Of a stretch of 64,000 nucleotides of DNA, positions 1 to 9,336 are shown one piece after another. This DNA is from a bacterium. GTDB lineage: Bacteria > UBA8248. The translations under genes were made by a program, and so were the position numbers. The stretch is taken from the NCBI GenBank assembly GCA_965203325.1, contig OZ241875.1, positions 3,072,001-3,136,000 on the forward strand, written 5' to 3'. The first letter of the stretch is position 1; every line of letters begins with the position of its first letter. Below the pieces are notes generated by a model that saw only the letters and a program-made list of their open reading frames with translations, was not told the origin of the DNA and made no database searches.

Positions 1-40
1 CGCGGAAGGCTTCGGGGTCGTACCCGGATGTTTCATTCAT
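1..40 (-). CDS. 5' fragment of a CDS running off the window (MNETSGYDPEAFR...)
   Basis: ATG at 40 on the minus strand, preceded by GGGAGA, just downstream of rimO; too short to assign. Confidence 0.4.
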   Translation of the reverse strand, partial: MNETSGYDPEAFR

Positions 41-63
41 GCGGTGTCTCCCAGGTTCTCGCT

Positions 64-1467
64 TCACCGGGCGCCGCGCGCGACCAGGTCCACGCCGTCC
101 GTGCCGATGATCTCGCAATCGATGATCTCGCCCGGCTCGGCTTCGGTCTCGTGCAGGAAAACCTCGCCGTCGACTTCCGGGGCCTGGAGCCGCGTCCGTC
201 CGCGCAGGAGTCCCTCGCCCGTCAGGCTCTCGACGAGCACCTGCGTCTTCTGGCCGACCATCGCTTCGTTCTCCTCGGCCATGATGCGTTCCTGAAGCGC
301 GAGCAGGCGCGCCATGCGCTCGCGCGCGAGTTCGGCGGGCACCTGATCGGGCAGCCGCGCCGCGATCGAGCGGTCCTCGGGCGAGAAGACGAAGCCGCCC
401 AGCCGGGCGAAGCGCGTCTCCTCGACGAAGCCGAGCAGGCGTTCGAAATCCGCATCCGTCTCCCCCGGAAAGCCGACGAGCATGGTGGTCCTGAGCGCGC
501 AGCCGGGCACTTTTTCCTTGATGCGCGCTACGAGTTCGCGCGTGCCCGCCTCGTCGATACCCCGCCGCATGGCGTCGAGCACGGGCGTGGCGACGTGCTG
601 GAGCGGCATGTCGATGTACTCGCACACCTTGGGGAGGTCGCGGTAGGCGTCGAGCAGTCCGTCCGTCACTCCGCGCGGGTAGTTGTAGAGCACGCGGATC
701 CAGTCGAGGCCGTCCACCTCGTTCAACGCCTCCAGCAGCCTTGCGAGGGAGAAGCCCAATCCTAAGTCGACGCCATAGCTCGTGATCTCCTGGGCGAGCA
801 GGTTCACTTCGCGCACACCCGCCTCGGCCAGCGCGCCCGCTTCTTCCATCACCAGGTCGAGCGGGCGCGAGCGGAACCTGCCGCGGAACCTGGGGATGAC
901 GCAGAAGGTGCAGGGCCTTGAGCAGCCCTCGGCGACTTTGAGATAGGCGCTCGGGCCCGGTTCGGCGAGGATGCGCGGCAGCCTCCTGCCGTAGTCCATC
1001 AGGGTGTCCGAGAACGCCTCGCGCGCGCCGCCGCGTCCTCCGCTCAAGAGTTCCGGCAGCCGGTCGTACTCGCGCGTCCCGATGAAGAGGTCCACCTCGG
1101 GCAGGTCCTGGGCGAGTTCCCCCCGGTAGCGCTCGGCCAGACAGCCCGCCACGACGAGGGTTTCGAGATCGCCCGCAACTTTCAGCTGGGCGACTTCGAG
1201 AATCGTATCGATGGATTCTCGCTTCGCGTCCTCGATGAAGCCGCACGTGTTGACGATGGCGACCTGCGCGTCCTCTGCGTCGCTCACGAGCCGGTAGCCG
1301 GCGCCAGCGAGGGCGGCGAGCATGATCTCCGAATCCACCGTGTTCTTGGCGCAGCCGAGCGATATGAGCGCAGCGCCGGGCGCATCCGGCCCCATGGGAA
1401 CAGGTGCGTCGCGCCGCACGAGGGGCATCTCGGAGATGGGCTTGATCTGCAGGAGGTTCTCGCTCAC
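64..1467 (-). CDS. rimO: Ribosomal protein S12 methylthiotransferase RimO
   Basis: SLGCAKNTVDSE, VNTCGFIE, radical SAM CSRPCTFC, C-terminal TRAM-like QAPEVDG; GTG start at 1467 overlaps the upstream stop (GTGA). Confidence 0.93.
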   Translation of the reverse strand: MSENLLQIKPISEMPLVRRDAPVPMGPDAPGAALISLGCAKNTVDSEIMLAALAGAGYRLVSDAEDAQVAIVNTCGFIEDAKRESIDTILEVAQLKVAGDLETLVVAGCLAERYRGELAQDLPEVDLFIGTREYDRLPELLSGGRGGAREAFSDTLMDYGRRLPRILAEPGPSAYLKVAEGCSRPCTFCVIPRFRGRFRSRPLDLVMEEAGALAEAGVREVNLLAQEITSYGVDLGLGFSLARLLEALNEVDGLDWIRVLYNYPRGVTDGLLDAYRDLPKVCEYIDMPLQHVATPVLDAMRRGIDEAGTRELVARIKEKVPGCALRTTMLVGFPGETDADFERLLGFVEETRFARLGGFVFSPEDRSIAARLPDQVPAELARERMARLLALQERIMAEENEAMVGQKTQVLVESLTGEGLLRGRTRLQAPEVDGEVFLHETEAEPGEIIDCEIIGTDGVDLVARGAR

Positions 1468-2789
1468 CGGGCGGCCCCCGCTTTCGAACCCTTGGGATCG
1501 ATGTGCCATTCCTCCCTGGGCCGGTTGAAATAGCGGATGGCCACGTCGGGCAGTTCCTCCTGGTAGACCTCCAGCATACGCGCCATGCCCATCGCCTCGC
1601 CCATGTCGCCGATATCGGGCAGGGTATCGAGATAGAGTGCGGGGTCGATGCAGAGGTTTTTCATCTGGATGACGTGCAGGCCCGTTCGCGCCGCGAAAGC
1701 GAGGGTCGCCTCGACCTCGGCTTCGAGGTCCGTGACGCCGGGGAAGACCAGGTAGTTGATCTGCGTGTAGAGGCCTGCGTCGACGGCGGCCTTCACGCAG
1801 TCTTCCACGTGCGTGAAATCATACGTCTCGGGCCGGTAATAGGCGTGGTGCCACTCGGGCGTCGCGCTGTTCGTGCTGACTCGGATGCTCTCCAGGCCCG
1901 CATGGGCCAGGCGCTCCATCCATTCGGGCCGGCTGCCGTTCGTGTTCAGGTGCAGGGTGCCGCGCTCCGTGCGCTCGCGGGTGAGGCGGCAGGCGCGCTC
2001 GATGACGCCCGCCTGGAGAAGCGGCTCGCCCTCGCAGCCCTGGCCGAAGCTCGCGACGGCCATTTCGGCATCTTCGAAGTGGGGGACGGCGATCTCGCAA
2101 AGTTCCTCCGGCGTCGGGACGATCTCGATGCGCCGGTGGCTCGCCGGGAACAGGTCATCCGTCTGGAGCGATATGCACCCCCGGCAGTCCGCGTTGCAGA
2201 GCGGGGCGATGGGAAGCCCCATCTCCCACCGGCGGGCGAAGAAGTTTTTCGCCGCGAAGCAGTGGAACTCACGCGCGCAGCGCGCGAGGTGGGGGATCAT
2301 CCGGTTTTCGGGGTTGGCGTCGCGCATCCGCTCGATTCGTTCGGGCAGGCCCGTGTCGTCGTATTCCTCGGGCTCCCAGCGCGGGCAGTCGTCGACCTGC
2401 ACGGCGGCGCAGACGAATTCTTCTGTCTCTTCATCGAAGCCGAGCGCGGTGTAGGCCCAAAGTGGGAGCACCGGCGCGCCGGGGGTTCTTTCGGCGAAGG
2501 GGAGCAGGGTGCGCATCCAGCCCGGCGAGGGGAACGTGCAGGCGGCCTGTAAGGCAACCGGGCCGTCGCCCCAGTCCGCTTCTGCCACGCTCACGAGCGC
2601 ATCCTCTCCCGCGTCGCCGCCGATGGGAACGCTGTCCGGGATGGTGAAGAACTTGCTCCCCGCCGGCAGGGGGGAGAGTTCAGAGGGATCGGGCGCCACG
2701 GGTTCGGCCCCCTGTGCGCCCACCATCTCGAACTCCGGGTGTTCGAACAGGTTGCCCTCGGCGTCCGCGACCACCATCAACGGGCGCAT
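1464..2789 (-). CDS. Radical SAM protein of unknown function
   Basis: CNADCRGC motif, SFGQGCEGEP, LNTNGS; start placed at MRPLMVV (2789), uncertain. Confidence 0.85.
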   Translation of the reverse strand: MRPLMVVADAEGNLFEHPEFEMVGAQGAEPVAPDPSELSPLPAGSKFFTIPDSVPIGGDAGEDALVSVAEADWGDGPVALQAACTFPSPGWMRTLLPFAERTPGAPVLPLWAYTALGFDEETEEFVCAAVQVDDCPRWEPEEYDDTGLPERIERMRDANPENRMIPHLARCAREFHCFAAKNFFARRWEMGLPIAPLCNADCRGCISLQTDDLFPASHRRIEIVPTPEELCEIAVPHFEDAEMAVASFGQGCEGEPLLQAGVIERACRLTRERTERGTLHLNTNGSRPEWMERLAHAGLESIRVSTNSATPEWHHAYYRPETYDFTHVEDCVKAAVDAGLYTQINYLVFPGVTDLEAEVEATLAFAARTGLHVIQMKNLCIDPALYLDTLPDIGDMGEAMGMARMLEVYQEELPDVAIRYFNRPREEWHIDPKGSKAGAAR

Positions 2790-3083
2790 GAGCGGGGTGC
2801 TCCGGGCATTGGGCGCGGAGTCCGCCCGTGAGTTTGGGTTGCCGGAACGGTAGCGCCTGAATAAAGCATGGGTTTCCGTCTCCTGAAAAGAGGAGCGCTT
2901 ATGTGAGATTCCGCCTCCTCGACACGAGGCCATAACCTAGCAGAACTCGCCCACCCGCCGCCAGCTTGCGGCCCTTGCCAGCGGCCCTTGGTTTCGCAAT
3001 ACTTGAGGCCTCTCCCCGTTCATGGGTCGGGGAATTCTTCTTCAAAGACATATCGCGATTCCGCGAGACGGAGGTGCGCCCAC

Positions 3084-3914
3084 GTGAGTCCCGAAGAACA
3101 ACTTTCCCGAGTCGCCCTGGTGAAATCGGAAACCGAGCGCTTATCAAGCTACTGGCGCGGTTTTTCGGAGGCCCGCTGGGAGGTGGAGACGTTCTGCCCC
3201 GGTTGGGAGGCGCAGCACGCCGTCTCCCATCTGGCGACGGGGGCGGATTTTTACACGAACTCGATACGCCGGGCGCTGGAGGGCCTGCCGCCCGAACCGC
3301 CCTACGGCAGCAACGTGAAGGAGTTCTTCGCCATCCGCGCCGCCAAGGGCGAGGAACTCATGGCCCTGCCGCGCGATGAGATGATGGACGCGTTCGACGC
3401 CTCGGCCGCCGGGGTGAACGACGCGCTCGCGGAGGTCACGGCGGACGACATCGGCAAGCTCGGCTTTCACCCCCGGGGGCTGACGCGGCTCGACGCCTGG
3501 ATCGGGCTGCGTCTGGTCGAACTCGTGGCGCACGACTGGGACATCCGGTACGGGGAAGACGCGGAAGCATGCGTCTCCCAGGACGTCCTGGAGGGCGTCA
3601 TGAGCTTTCTCCCCGCGAGCCAGAGCCGCCTGTTCGGCGTCCGGGAGAACCCGCCGTTCGACGGGCGCTTTCTCTTCCGCTCGAAGACGCCGGACCGGGA
3701 GTGGACCATCACCGTCGCCGGTGAGAAGGCGGAGGAATCCGCCCACACGTCCGGCGCGCACGACGCCGTCATCACCGCGGACGCAGAGGCGCACTTTCTC
3801 TTGCTCTACGGGCGCGCGAAGCGCGGCGCCATGGAGGACGCGGGCCGCCTCGAAGTCGAGGGGAACGCGGATCTGGCGAACCAGCTTTTATGCGTTTTAT
3901 ATACGAATTATTGA
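3084..3914 (+). CDS. Maleylpyruvate isomerase (MDMPI)/DinB-superfamily protein with C-terminal SCP2-like domain
   Basis: TFCPGWEAQHAVSHL and ELVAHDWDI motifs; GTG at 3084 after GGAGGTG. Confidence 0.75.
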   Translation: MSPEEQLSRVALVKSETERLSSYWRGFSEARWEVETFCPGWEAQHAVSHLATGADFYTNSIRRALEGLPPEPPYGSNVKEFFAIRAAKGEELMALPRDEMMDAFDASAAGVNDALAEVTADDIGKLGFHPRGLTRLDAWIGLRLVELVAHDWDIRYGEDAEACVSQDVLEGVMSFLPASQSRLFGVRENPPFDGRFLFRSKTPDREWTITVAGEKAEESAHTSGAHDAVITADAEAHFLLLYGRAKRGAMEDAGRLEVEGNADLANQLLCVLYTNY

Positions 3915-3935
3915 TTCCAAAGGAGCAAACCCTTC

Positions 3936-4829
3936 ATGCCACCGATCACGAAAGTAGACGGATACGTTTATTACCCCGGCAGCAAGACGCGCATCGACGC
4001 GATGCGCCCCGCCGATCCGGCCAAAACGCCGTGGACGCCGCTGCCGAAGCCGCTATCCGAGTGCAAGGTCACCCTCGTCTCCACGGCGGGCATCTTCATG
4101 AAAGGAGACGTTTCCTTCGACTACGAGCGCGAGTGGCGCGAGCCGCACTGGGGGGACCCCACCCACCGCGAGATTCCCAGGACGGCCGCCCAGGATGATT
4201 GCGAATACTCGCACCTGCACATCAACACCGAATACCTGGAACGCGACAGGAACGTCTCGTTCCCCGTCGATATCTTCCTGGACTACGAGCGCGAGGGGAA
4301 GATCGGCGCGCTCGCCGACACCCTCTACTCCACGATGGGCTATACGCCCAACTTTCATCCCCTGCTGAAGAAGACGGCCCCCCTGATGGCCGAGAAGATG
4401 CGCGCGGAGGGCGTGGACGCGGCGTTTCTCATCCCCGTCTGACCGCTTTGCATGCGGTCCGTGAGCCTGCTGCAGAGAAGACTGGAAGAGTTGGGAATCG
4501 CCACCGTCTCGATATGCAACCAGCCGGACGTGTCCGAGAAAGTCTGCGTGCCGAGGGCGGTCTTCATCCAGTATCCCTTCGGGCGCATGCTGGGGGACGT
4601 GGGCGACAGAATTGGCCAGCGCGCGGTGTGCGATGACGTGTGCGCGCATCTGGAATCCGCAAATGGCCCGAATGCCTATAAGCATCTATCCCACGAGTGG
4701 CCCGAACCGCCCGAAGAGACCCAGTGGAAGCCGCTCACGCCCGCGCCCATGCACGTGCTTCGCAACAACGGCACGGCGCCCAAGGGCCTCGCGCACTACC
4801 AGGACGACGAGCGGCCCGATTTGAGTTAA
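3936..4829 (+). CDS. PrdB/GrdB-like selenoprotein, 297 aa, Sec169 (TGA 4440-4442, motif UPLC)
   Basis: ORFs 3936-4442 and 4452-4829 are in one frame; read-through gives GVDAAFLIPV-U-PLCMRSVSLLQRRLEELGIATV, matching the PrdB/GrdB UxxC region; N-terminal half has VSTAG..GDPTHREIP..DRNVSFP; hairpin downstream of TGA. Confidence 0.85.
4446..4477 (+). promoter_or_regulatory. Candidate bacterial SECIS hairpin
   Basis: CTTTGCA pairs with TGCAGAG (one G-U); bulged upper stem closes on a CCGTGA apex about 17-22 nt after TGA. Confidence 0.55.
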
Positions 4830-4854
4830 GCGTCTCGGTTCCGGCGCGGATGAA

Positions 4855-5320
4855 ATTGCAGGGACAGGTCGCGACCTGTCCCTGCGGGAATCCTCCCTAC
4901 CCGGTTGGGGTTCACCCGTAGGGACAACCCCCTGTGGTTGTCCTTTGTCAGAGTGTCGGACAGGCACAGGGGCCTGTCCCTACGCCGATTGCGGTTTTGG
5001 CCGTCATTCCGGCGAAAGCCGGAATCCATTTTCGCCTTTGCCTTTTCGCCTCCCTGTTCGGACGTATTCGCTCCCGGGCCGGTAGCATCGGAATCGAACC
5101 CAAAAACGAAAAGCGAATTCTCTGGATTCCTGCATCCGGACGCCGCGCATCAACAAGGTCGTGGCCGCCCTGCCCGGTGAAAAGTCAAAATGGATTCCGG
5201 CTTTCGCCGGAATGACGGCGTTGTGGACGGCCTCGACCCATGCGGGAGGGATTGTGGGTGGCATCGCTTTTACCCCCCTGACAAGGGGGGGTAGGGGGGG
5301 TTGCCTTTATCCCCTGAGGA
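4855..5320. repeat. Cluster of GTAG-type and CGTC-type palindromic (REP-like) repeats
   Basis: GGGACAGGTCGCGACCTGTCCC, GTAGGGACAACC..GGTTGTCC, GGACAGGC..GCCTGTCCCTAC; inverted pair CCGTCATTCCGGCGAAAGCCGGAATCCA at 5001-5028 and 5191-5218. Confidence 0.85.
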
Positions 5321-5359
5321 GGGAGGCTTTTTTTAAGAGCGCGTTATTTCCGAATCATT

Positions 5360-5701
5360 CTAAAACAACCGCCCGCCTAACACCGCGCCCTTCTCATCCG
5401 GCGCGATGAGCACCACCTCGCCCCGCTCATCCGGCACGCCGAGCGTGAGGACTTCGGACATGAAGGGGCCGATCTGCCTCGGCGGGAAGTTCACCACGGC
5501 GAGAACGAGCCTGCCTTCGAGCTCTTCCTTCGTATAGAGCGCTGTGAGCTGGGCGGATGATTTCCTGACCCCCAGTTCCTCGCCGAAATCGATCCAGAGC
5601 TTATAAGCCGGTTTTCGCGCCTCGGGGAAATCCGCCGCCTCGACCACGCGCCCCAAGCGGATGTCCAACTCCTCAAAATCCTCCATCGTCGCCATTTTCA
5701 T
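5360..5701 (-). CDS. csaA: tRNA-binding/export chaperone CsaA
   Basis: FPEARKPAYKLWIDFG, SSAQLT, VNFPPRQIGPFMSEVLTLG. Confidence 0.9.
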   Translation of the reverse strand: MKMATMEDFEELDIRLGRVVEAADFPEARKPAYKLWIDFGEELGVRKSSAQLTALYTKEELEGRLVLAVVNFPPRQIGPFMSEVLTLGVPDERGEVVLIAPDEKGAVLGGRLF

Positions 5702-5782
5702 ACTTCTCCCGTTTCATGGGCCATGCGCGTCCGGCGCGCCGGAATCCGGGGGTGGTTTCCCGCACGGGCGTAGGGGAGCGCT

Positions 5783-6664
5783 TCAGTCTATCGGCTCGCC
5801 CTGCGTTCTTTCCATCTCGAGGATATCGGCGCGCAGCCTTGTCGTTATCGGGCCGGGGGCGGGAATGGATCGCCCGTCCACCTCGGCCACCGCGTGCACC
5901 CGGCTGAAGGATGACGTGAGGAAACACTCATCCGCCGTGTAGAGGTCATATAGCGTCAAGTCGGCTTCTTCCGCCGGAATGCCCTCTTGCTCGGCAATCT
6001 CCATCACGACCTTCCGCGTGATGCCGTCGAGGACGTTGTGGGCTTTCGGTGTCTTGAGCGCGCCGTCCTTCACGACGAATATGTTCTCTCCCGGTGCCTC
6101 CGCCACGAAGCCGCGAATATCGAGCAGAATCGCCTCATCGAAGCCCGATTCGACGGCTTCGATCCTCGCCATCACGTTGTTGAGATAGTTGAGCGATTTC
6201 ACGCGCGCCTCGAAGGATTCGGAAGGCACCTTGCGCACCCCCGCCGTCTTGAGCCTCAAGCCCGCTCCTTTCGCCTTGTAACTCGAACCCGTCTCGGCGG
6301 GCGGGGCGGGGTCGTGTAAGAGCACGGCGAGCGTCGCCTTATCCGTTACCCTCGGGTCGAGCAGGGGATAGCCCGCGCCGCGCGATACCACGACGCGAAG
6401 GTAGACGTCGTCCACGCCGGAGCGACGGACGCATTCCTTGACGATCTCCGCGATTCGCTCGCGCGATTCGGGCAGCGTGAGCTTGAGCGCGCGCGCCGAT
6501 CGCTCCATGCGGTCGAGGTGTTCGGAGAACTTGAATATCCGCCGGTTCGTCACCGTCATGGACTCGAACAGGCCGTCCCCGTAGAGAAACCCGTGGTCGA
6601 AGGCGGAGACTTTGGCCTCTTCTGCGGTGACGTATTCGCCGTTCACATAGCAGGTATAGGACAC
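5783..6664 (-). CDS. Class IV PLP aminotransferase (IlvE-like)
   Basis: DHGFLYGDGLFE, KSLNYLNN, EAPGENIF, LDGITR. Confidence 0.88.
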   Translation of the reverse strand: MSYTCYVNGEYVTAEEAKVSAFDHGFLYGDGLFESMTVTNRRIFKFSEHLDRMERSARALKLTLPESRERIAEIVKECVRRSGVDDVYLRVVVSRGAGYPLLDPRVTDKATLAVLLHDPAPPAETGSSYKAKGAGLRLKTAGVRKVPSESFEARVKSLNYLNNVMARIEAVESGFDEAILLDIRGFVAEAPGENIFVVKDGALKTPKAHNVLDGITRKVVMEIAEQEGIPAEEADLTLYDLYTADECFLTSSFSRVHAVAEVDGRSIPAPGPITTRLRADILEMERTQGEPID

Positions 6665-6667
6665 GCG

Positions 6668-7564
6668 CTATCCATCCCTTCTCAAGGTTTCGAGAATCGC
6701 GTCGGCGAAGGCTTCCGGCTTCTCGCGCTGGGCGAAGTGGCCGGCGCCCTCCACGAGAATCCTTTGATAGCCGCCCGTGAAATGCCCCTCCTTGCCTTCG
6801 GAACTCTCGGGACGCGACGCCCCGTCCTCGGCGCCTTGCACGAGAACCGTCGGCACGGAGATGTCCGGCAGACCCGCCATGAAACTCTCCGCGTCCTCGA
6901 ATTTTGGATCCGGCGTTTCATACCCCCACCGGTAGCGGTAGGAGTGCATGACGATATCCACGAAGTCGGGGTTCTCGAAAGAGCGCGCGGTGGCCTCGTA
7001 TTCCGCGTCCGGGAAATCCCAGCCTGGGGACCATACACGCCAGAGTTCGCGGCAAAAACCCGCGGCGTCCGCCCCCAGCGCATCGCGGCCCCTCTCGGTG
7101 CAGAAAAACCACTGGTACCAGTAGGCGCGCGCCTGATCGACCGACATCCGCTGCTGCGGGCGGCCCGTGCCGTAGCCCGCGGGACTGACGATTAAGGCGT
7201 TCAACCGCGCAGGCCGCATGGCGGCTACGCAATAAGAAGCCCGCGCGCCCCAGTCGTGGCCCACCAGTGTGAAGCGATCGAGTTCCAGCGCGTCGGCGAA
7301 AGCGGTGAGGTCGGACGCCAGCGCCGTGTACTGGGCGCTTCTGGGGGTCTCAGGGTTCAGAAAGCGCGTAGGCCCGTAGCCGCGCACGTAGGGGCAAAGC
7401 GTCCTTAGGCCCGCATCATTCAGGATGGGAGTGACGCGGTCCCACGTTCTCGCGTCGTCCGGGAAGCCGTGGACGAGAACCACGGGCGGCGCGGTTTCAT
7501 CGCCCGCCTCCAGATAGCCGATTTCGAGCGCGGGGGTCGTGATGGATTTGAGCGCGCCGGGCAT
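6668..7564 (-). CDS. Alpha/beta hydrolase (epoxide hydrolase-like)
   Basis: HGFPD, GHDWGA, GAGHF. Confidence 0.85.
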   Translation of the reverse strand: MPGALKSITTPALEIGYLEAGDETAPPVVLVHGFPDDARTWDRVTPILNDAGLRTLCPYVRGYGPTRFLNPETPRSAQYTALASDLTAFADALELDRFTLVGHDWGARASYCVAAMRPARLNALIVSPAGYGTGRPQQRMSVDQARAYWYQWFFCTERGRDALGADAAGFCRELWRVWSPGWDFPDAEYEATARSFENPDFVDIVMHSYRYRWGYETPDPKFEDAESFMAGLPDISVPTVLVQGAEDGASRPESSEGKEGHFTGGYQRILVEGAGHFAQREKPEAFADAILETLRRDG

Positions 7565-7584
7565 ATCGGTTGTTCAGTCCGCGA

Positions 7585-8328
7585 TCAGATCGCGCACCAG
7601 CCGTCGTCGACGATGAGGTCCAGGCCGTGCACCGCGCTCGCATCGTCAGACGCCAGGAACACCGCGGCGCCCGCCATCTCCGCCGTGGTGATGTAGGCCC
7701 GGCCGGTGGGGGTGTAGCTCGCCATGAGCTTCACGAACTCGGGATCGTCCTGTAAGTGCTGGTTGAGCGGCGTGGCCGTGTTGCCCGGCGAGATGCAGTT
7801 CACGTTGATGCCGCACTTCGATATCTCCGCCGCCAGCGCGCGCGTGATCATGTAGACCCCGCCCTTGCTCGCGCAGTAGGGCACCGCGTTGGGAAAGGCG
7901 TGCGTCGCGGCGATGGAGGCCATGAAGATGATCTTCCCGTAGCTCTTCTCCTTCATGATGGGCACGATGGCCTGCGAGAGCAGGAAGTTGCCCTTGAGAT
8001 TAATGTCGATGATGTCGTCCCACTCCTGCTCGGAGTAGGCCTCGAGTTCCTTGTTGATCATGATGCCGTGGTTGCCGACGAGGATGTCCACCGTGCCGAA
8101 CGCGCTCACCACGTCCGCCACCATGGCGTCCACCGCCGACTTCTTCGATACGTCGCACGGAAACGCGCGGGCCGCATCGCCGATCTCGGCGGCGAGCGCC
8201 TCTCCCGTTTCCGCCGTGCGGTTCACGACCGCGACCTTGGCGCCCTCTTCCGCGAAGCGGCGGCAGATGGCCTCGCCGATTCCCTGCGAGCCGCCCGTGA
8301 CGATGGCGACCTTGTCCTTGAGCTTCAT
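7585..8328 (-). CDS. Short-chain dehydrogenase/reductase
   Basis: TGGSQGIG, YCASK, NCISPG. Confidence 0.92.
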   Translation of the reverse strand: MKLKDKVAIVTGGSQGIGEAICRRFAEEGAKVAVVNRTAETGEALAAEIGDAARAFPCDVSKKSAVDAMVADVVSAFGTVDILVGNHGIMINKELEAYSEQEWDDIIDINLKGNFLLSQAIVPIMKEKSYGKIIFMASIAATHAFPNAVPYCASKGGVYMITRALAAEISKCGINVNCISPGNTATPLNQHLQDDPEFVKLMASYTPTGRAYITTAEMAGAAVFLASDDASAVHGLDLIVDDGWCAI

Positions 8329-8456
8329 GGATGTTTCCTCCCTGCGGCGCTCCCGGATCGCCCCGAAAGCGAAAAGTCCCCGGTAAAAGATTCCGTCTCG
8401 ATTTTTGCGGGCATGATACCGCCCTTTGGTTCAAGGGGGAAGGGGGAGTGAGATGT

Positions 8457-8590
8457 GTGTAGGGGGCGCATATATGCGCCCCTTACGGTGACGTTGCAGG
8501 ATTTCGTAGCCGGACAGGCGCAGGAGCCTGTCCGGGGACCCGTGTGTCCGCCCGCTTGATTTGGTAGGGGTCGTTCGCGAACCGCCCTCG
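8457..8590. repeat. GTAG-type REP-like cluster
   Basis: GTAGGGGCGCATATATGCGCCCC; GTAGGGGTCGTTCGCGAACCGCCCT. Confidence 0.75.
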
Positions 8591-8605
8591 CCCTCTGCGC
8601 GGCGG

Positions 8606-8896
8606 CTAAAGATACCGCTCCACATCCATGCTTTGGTGCAGGATTCGGATGATTTCCACCACGCCGGATCCCATGCGGAAAAACATCACGTGCGAGCCCA
8701 CCGCGACCTTGCGGTATCCGGCGCGAATTTCCTCGGCCGAGCGACTGATCATCGTACCTTCGCTCAACGCCTCGCACGCCGCCTGAATGTTGCGCGTGTA
8801 GTCCTCGGCTTGCGCCTCGCCCCAACGCTCGACGGTATAATTCCAGATGCTTTCCAGATCGGCTTGGGCCGCGGGCGACAGCGTATAGCGCCCCAT
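8606..8896 (-). CDS. parE: Type II toxin, ParE/RelE family
   Basis: YTLSPAAQADLESIWNYT..WGEAQA..IIRILHQSMD. Confidence 0.9.
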   Translation of the reverse strand: MGRYTLSPAAQADLESIWNYTVERWGEAQAEDYTRNIQAACEALSEGTMISRSAEEIRAGYRKVAVGSHVMFFRMGSGVVEIIRILHQSMDVERYL

Positions 8897-8901
8897 GCGG
8901 C

Positions 8902-9138
8902 TCAGGTGGATTTCTTGCTAGCGATGAACGCGTCGAAATCAAACGGCGTCGCCCGGCCGGACTCCTCGCCTTCGATGAGCGCCTCGCGCAGGGCTTCCAC
9001 CCTGGCTTCGTGTTCTTCGAGCAGGCGCAGTCCGGCGCGCACCACGTCGCTTGCCGAGTTGTAGCGGCCCGACGCGACCCGTTCGTCGATGAAACCCACG
9101 AAGTGCTCTCCGAGTGAAACCGACGTATTTCTCGGCAT
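8902..9138 (-). CDS. parD: Type II antitoxin ParD (ribbon-helix-helix)
   Basis: NTSVSLG..GRYNSASDVVRAGLRLLE..GEESG; AGGAGG upstream of ATG 9138. Confidence 0.9.
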   Translation of the reverse strand: MPRNTSVSLGEHFVGFIDERVASGRYNSASDVVRAGLRLLEEHEARVEALREALIEGEESGRATPFDFDAFIASKKST

Positions 9139-9241
9139 GATAGTTCCTCCTTCGCACACACTATACCAGAAATTGGTATTCGCGCAAAGGTTTCAGGTGG
9201 CGCGAGGTGGAAGAGGAGCGCGCACGAAGGGGACGCACGAA

Positions 9242-9318
9242 AAGTGGGCGGACACACGGGTCCGCCCCTACGGTGATATTACAGGAATTCGTAGGGGCGG
9301 TTCGCGAACCGCCCCTGT
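9242..9318. repeat. GTAG-type REP-like doublet
   Basis: GGGCGGACACACGGGTCCGCCCCTAC and GTAGGGGCGGTTCGCGAACCGCCCCT. Confidence 0.78.
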
Positions 9319-9336
9319 CATGTCAATCGAATTTCT

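Noticed and set aside
4855..5320. CRISPR array in the repeat clusters
   Set aside because: Units are inverted or dispersed palindromes without regular unique spacers; no cas genes
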